Shown here piece after piece: positions 44,912 through 45,011 of a DNA stretch of 45,011 nucleotides. How positions within the stretch are numbered: position 1 is the first letter of the stretch; every line of letters begins with the position of its first letter. This DNA comes from a virus (lineage: Duplodnaviria; Caudoviricetes): the IMG/VR virus record IMGVR_UViG_3300044878_000023, positions 1-45,011 of that record; one strand, written 5' to 3'. Under the pieces are notes generated by a model that worked only from the letters and a program-made list of their open reading frames with translations, did no database searches and had not been told where the DNA came from. The position numbers and the translations under genes were made by a program.

Positions 44912-45011
44912 CTCCGCCCCAAGCTCTATTGCCCTGAATGTCGAGATGGTAAGACTACCAATTGTGTAGGACAAGCCCTCGACCCCATATCTGACGATTT
45001 CGTCGAATGCA
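44894..45011 (+). CDS. partial Cys-rich small protein (runs off window)
   Basis: MSENEDLRPKLYCPECRDGKTTNCVGQALD... Confidence 0.55.
   Translation, partial: MSENEDLRPKLYCPECRDGKTTNCVGQALDPISDDFVEC

Noticed and set aside
1-45011. Integrase, repressor, reverse transcriptase (DGR/retron) or intron
   Set aside because: No tyrosine or serine recombinase motifs, no YxDD RT motif and no interrupted core gene seen in this window.

Overview
This window is part of a lytic siphovirus genome of the Lactococcus 1706 / Rhodococcus ReqiPepy6 / Arthrobacter AM-AU-AW-like supergroup, probably with an actinobacterial host. All credible genes are on the + strand. It runs through a helicase and small NUMOD4-like and membrane genes (1-7.6 kb), an origin-like repeat region (7.6-8.0 kb), two nucleases, a 922-aa protein, a probable cos junction (CGCCGACCT, 12056-12064), a highly structured 570-bp non-coding region, and a complete virion and lysis module (12.9-37.6 kb). 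It ends in a roughly 7-kb array of self-contained expression cassettes. The most striking system is inferred, not demonstrated. The 922-aa protein carries an ordered motif set typical of single-chain two-barrel (YonO / cellular RdRP-like) RNA polymerases: DG, QxR..KG, RHP, GADFDGD and HS..ID..K. The genome also has 22 copies of a non-sigma70 motif, CGY-N6-(T)ACA-N5-TATART-GAGA. Most copies precede a single tiny gene or a structured small RNA closed by a conserved terminator. An N-terminal L-x-H motif shared with head proteins hints that the polymerase is packaged in the virion.
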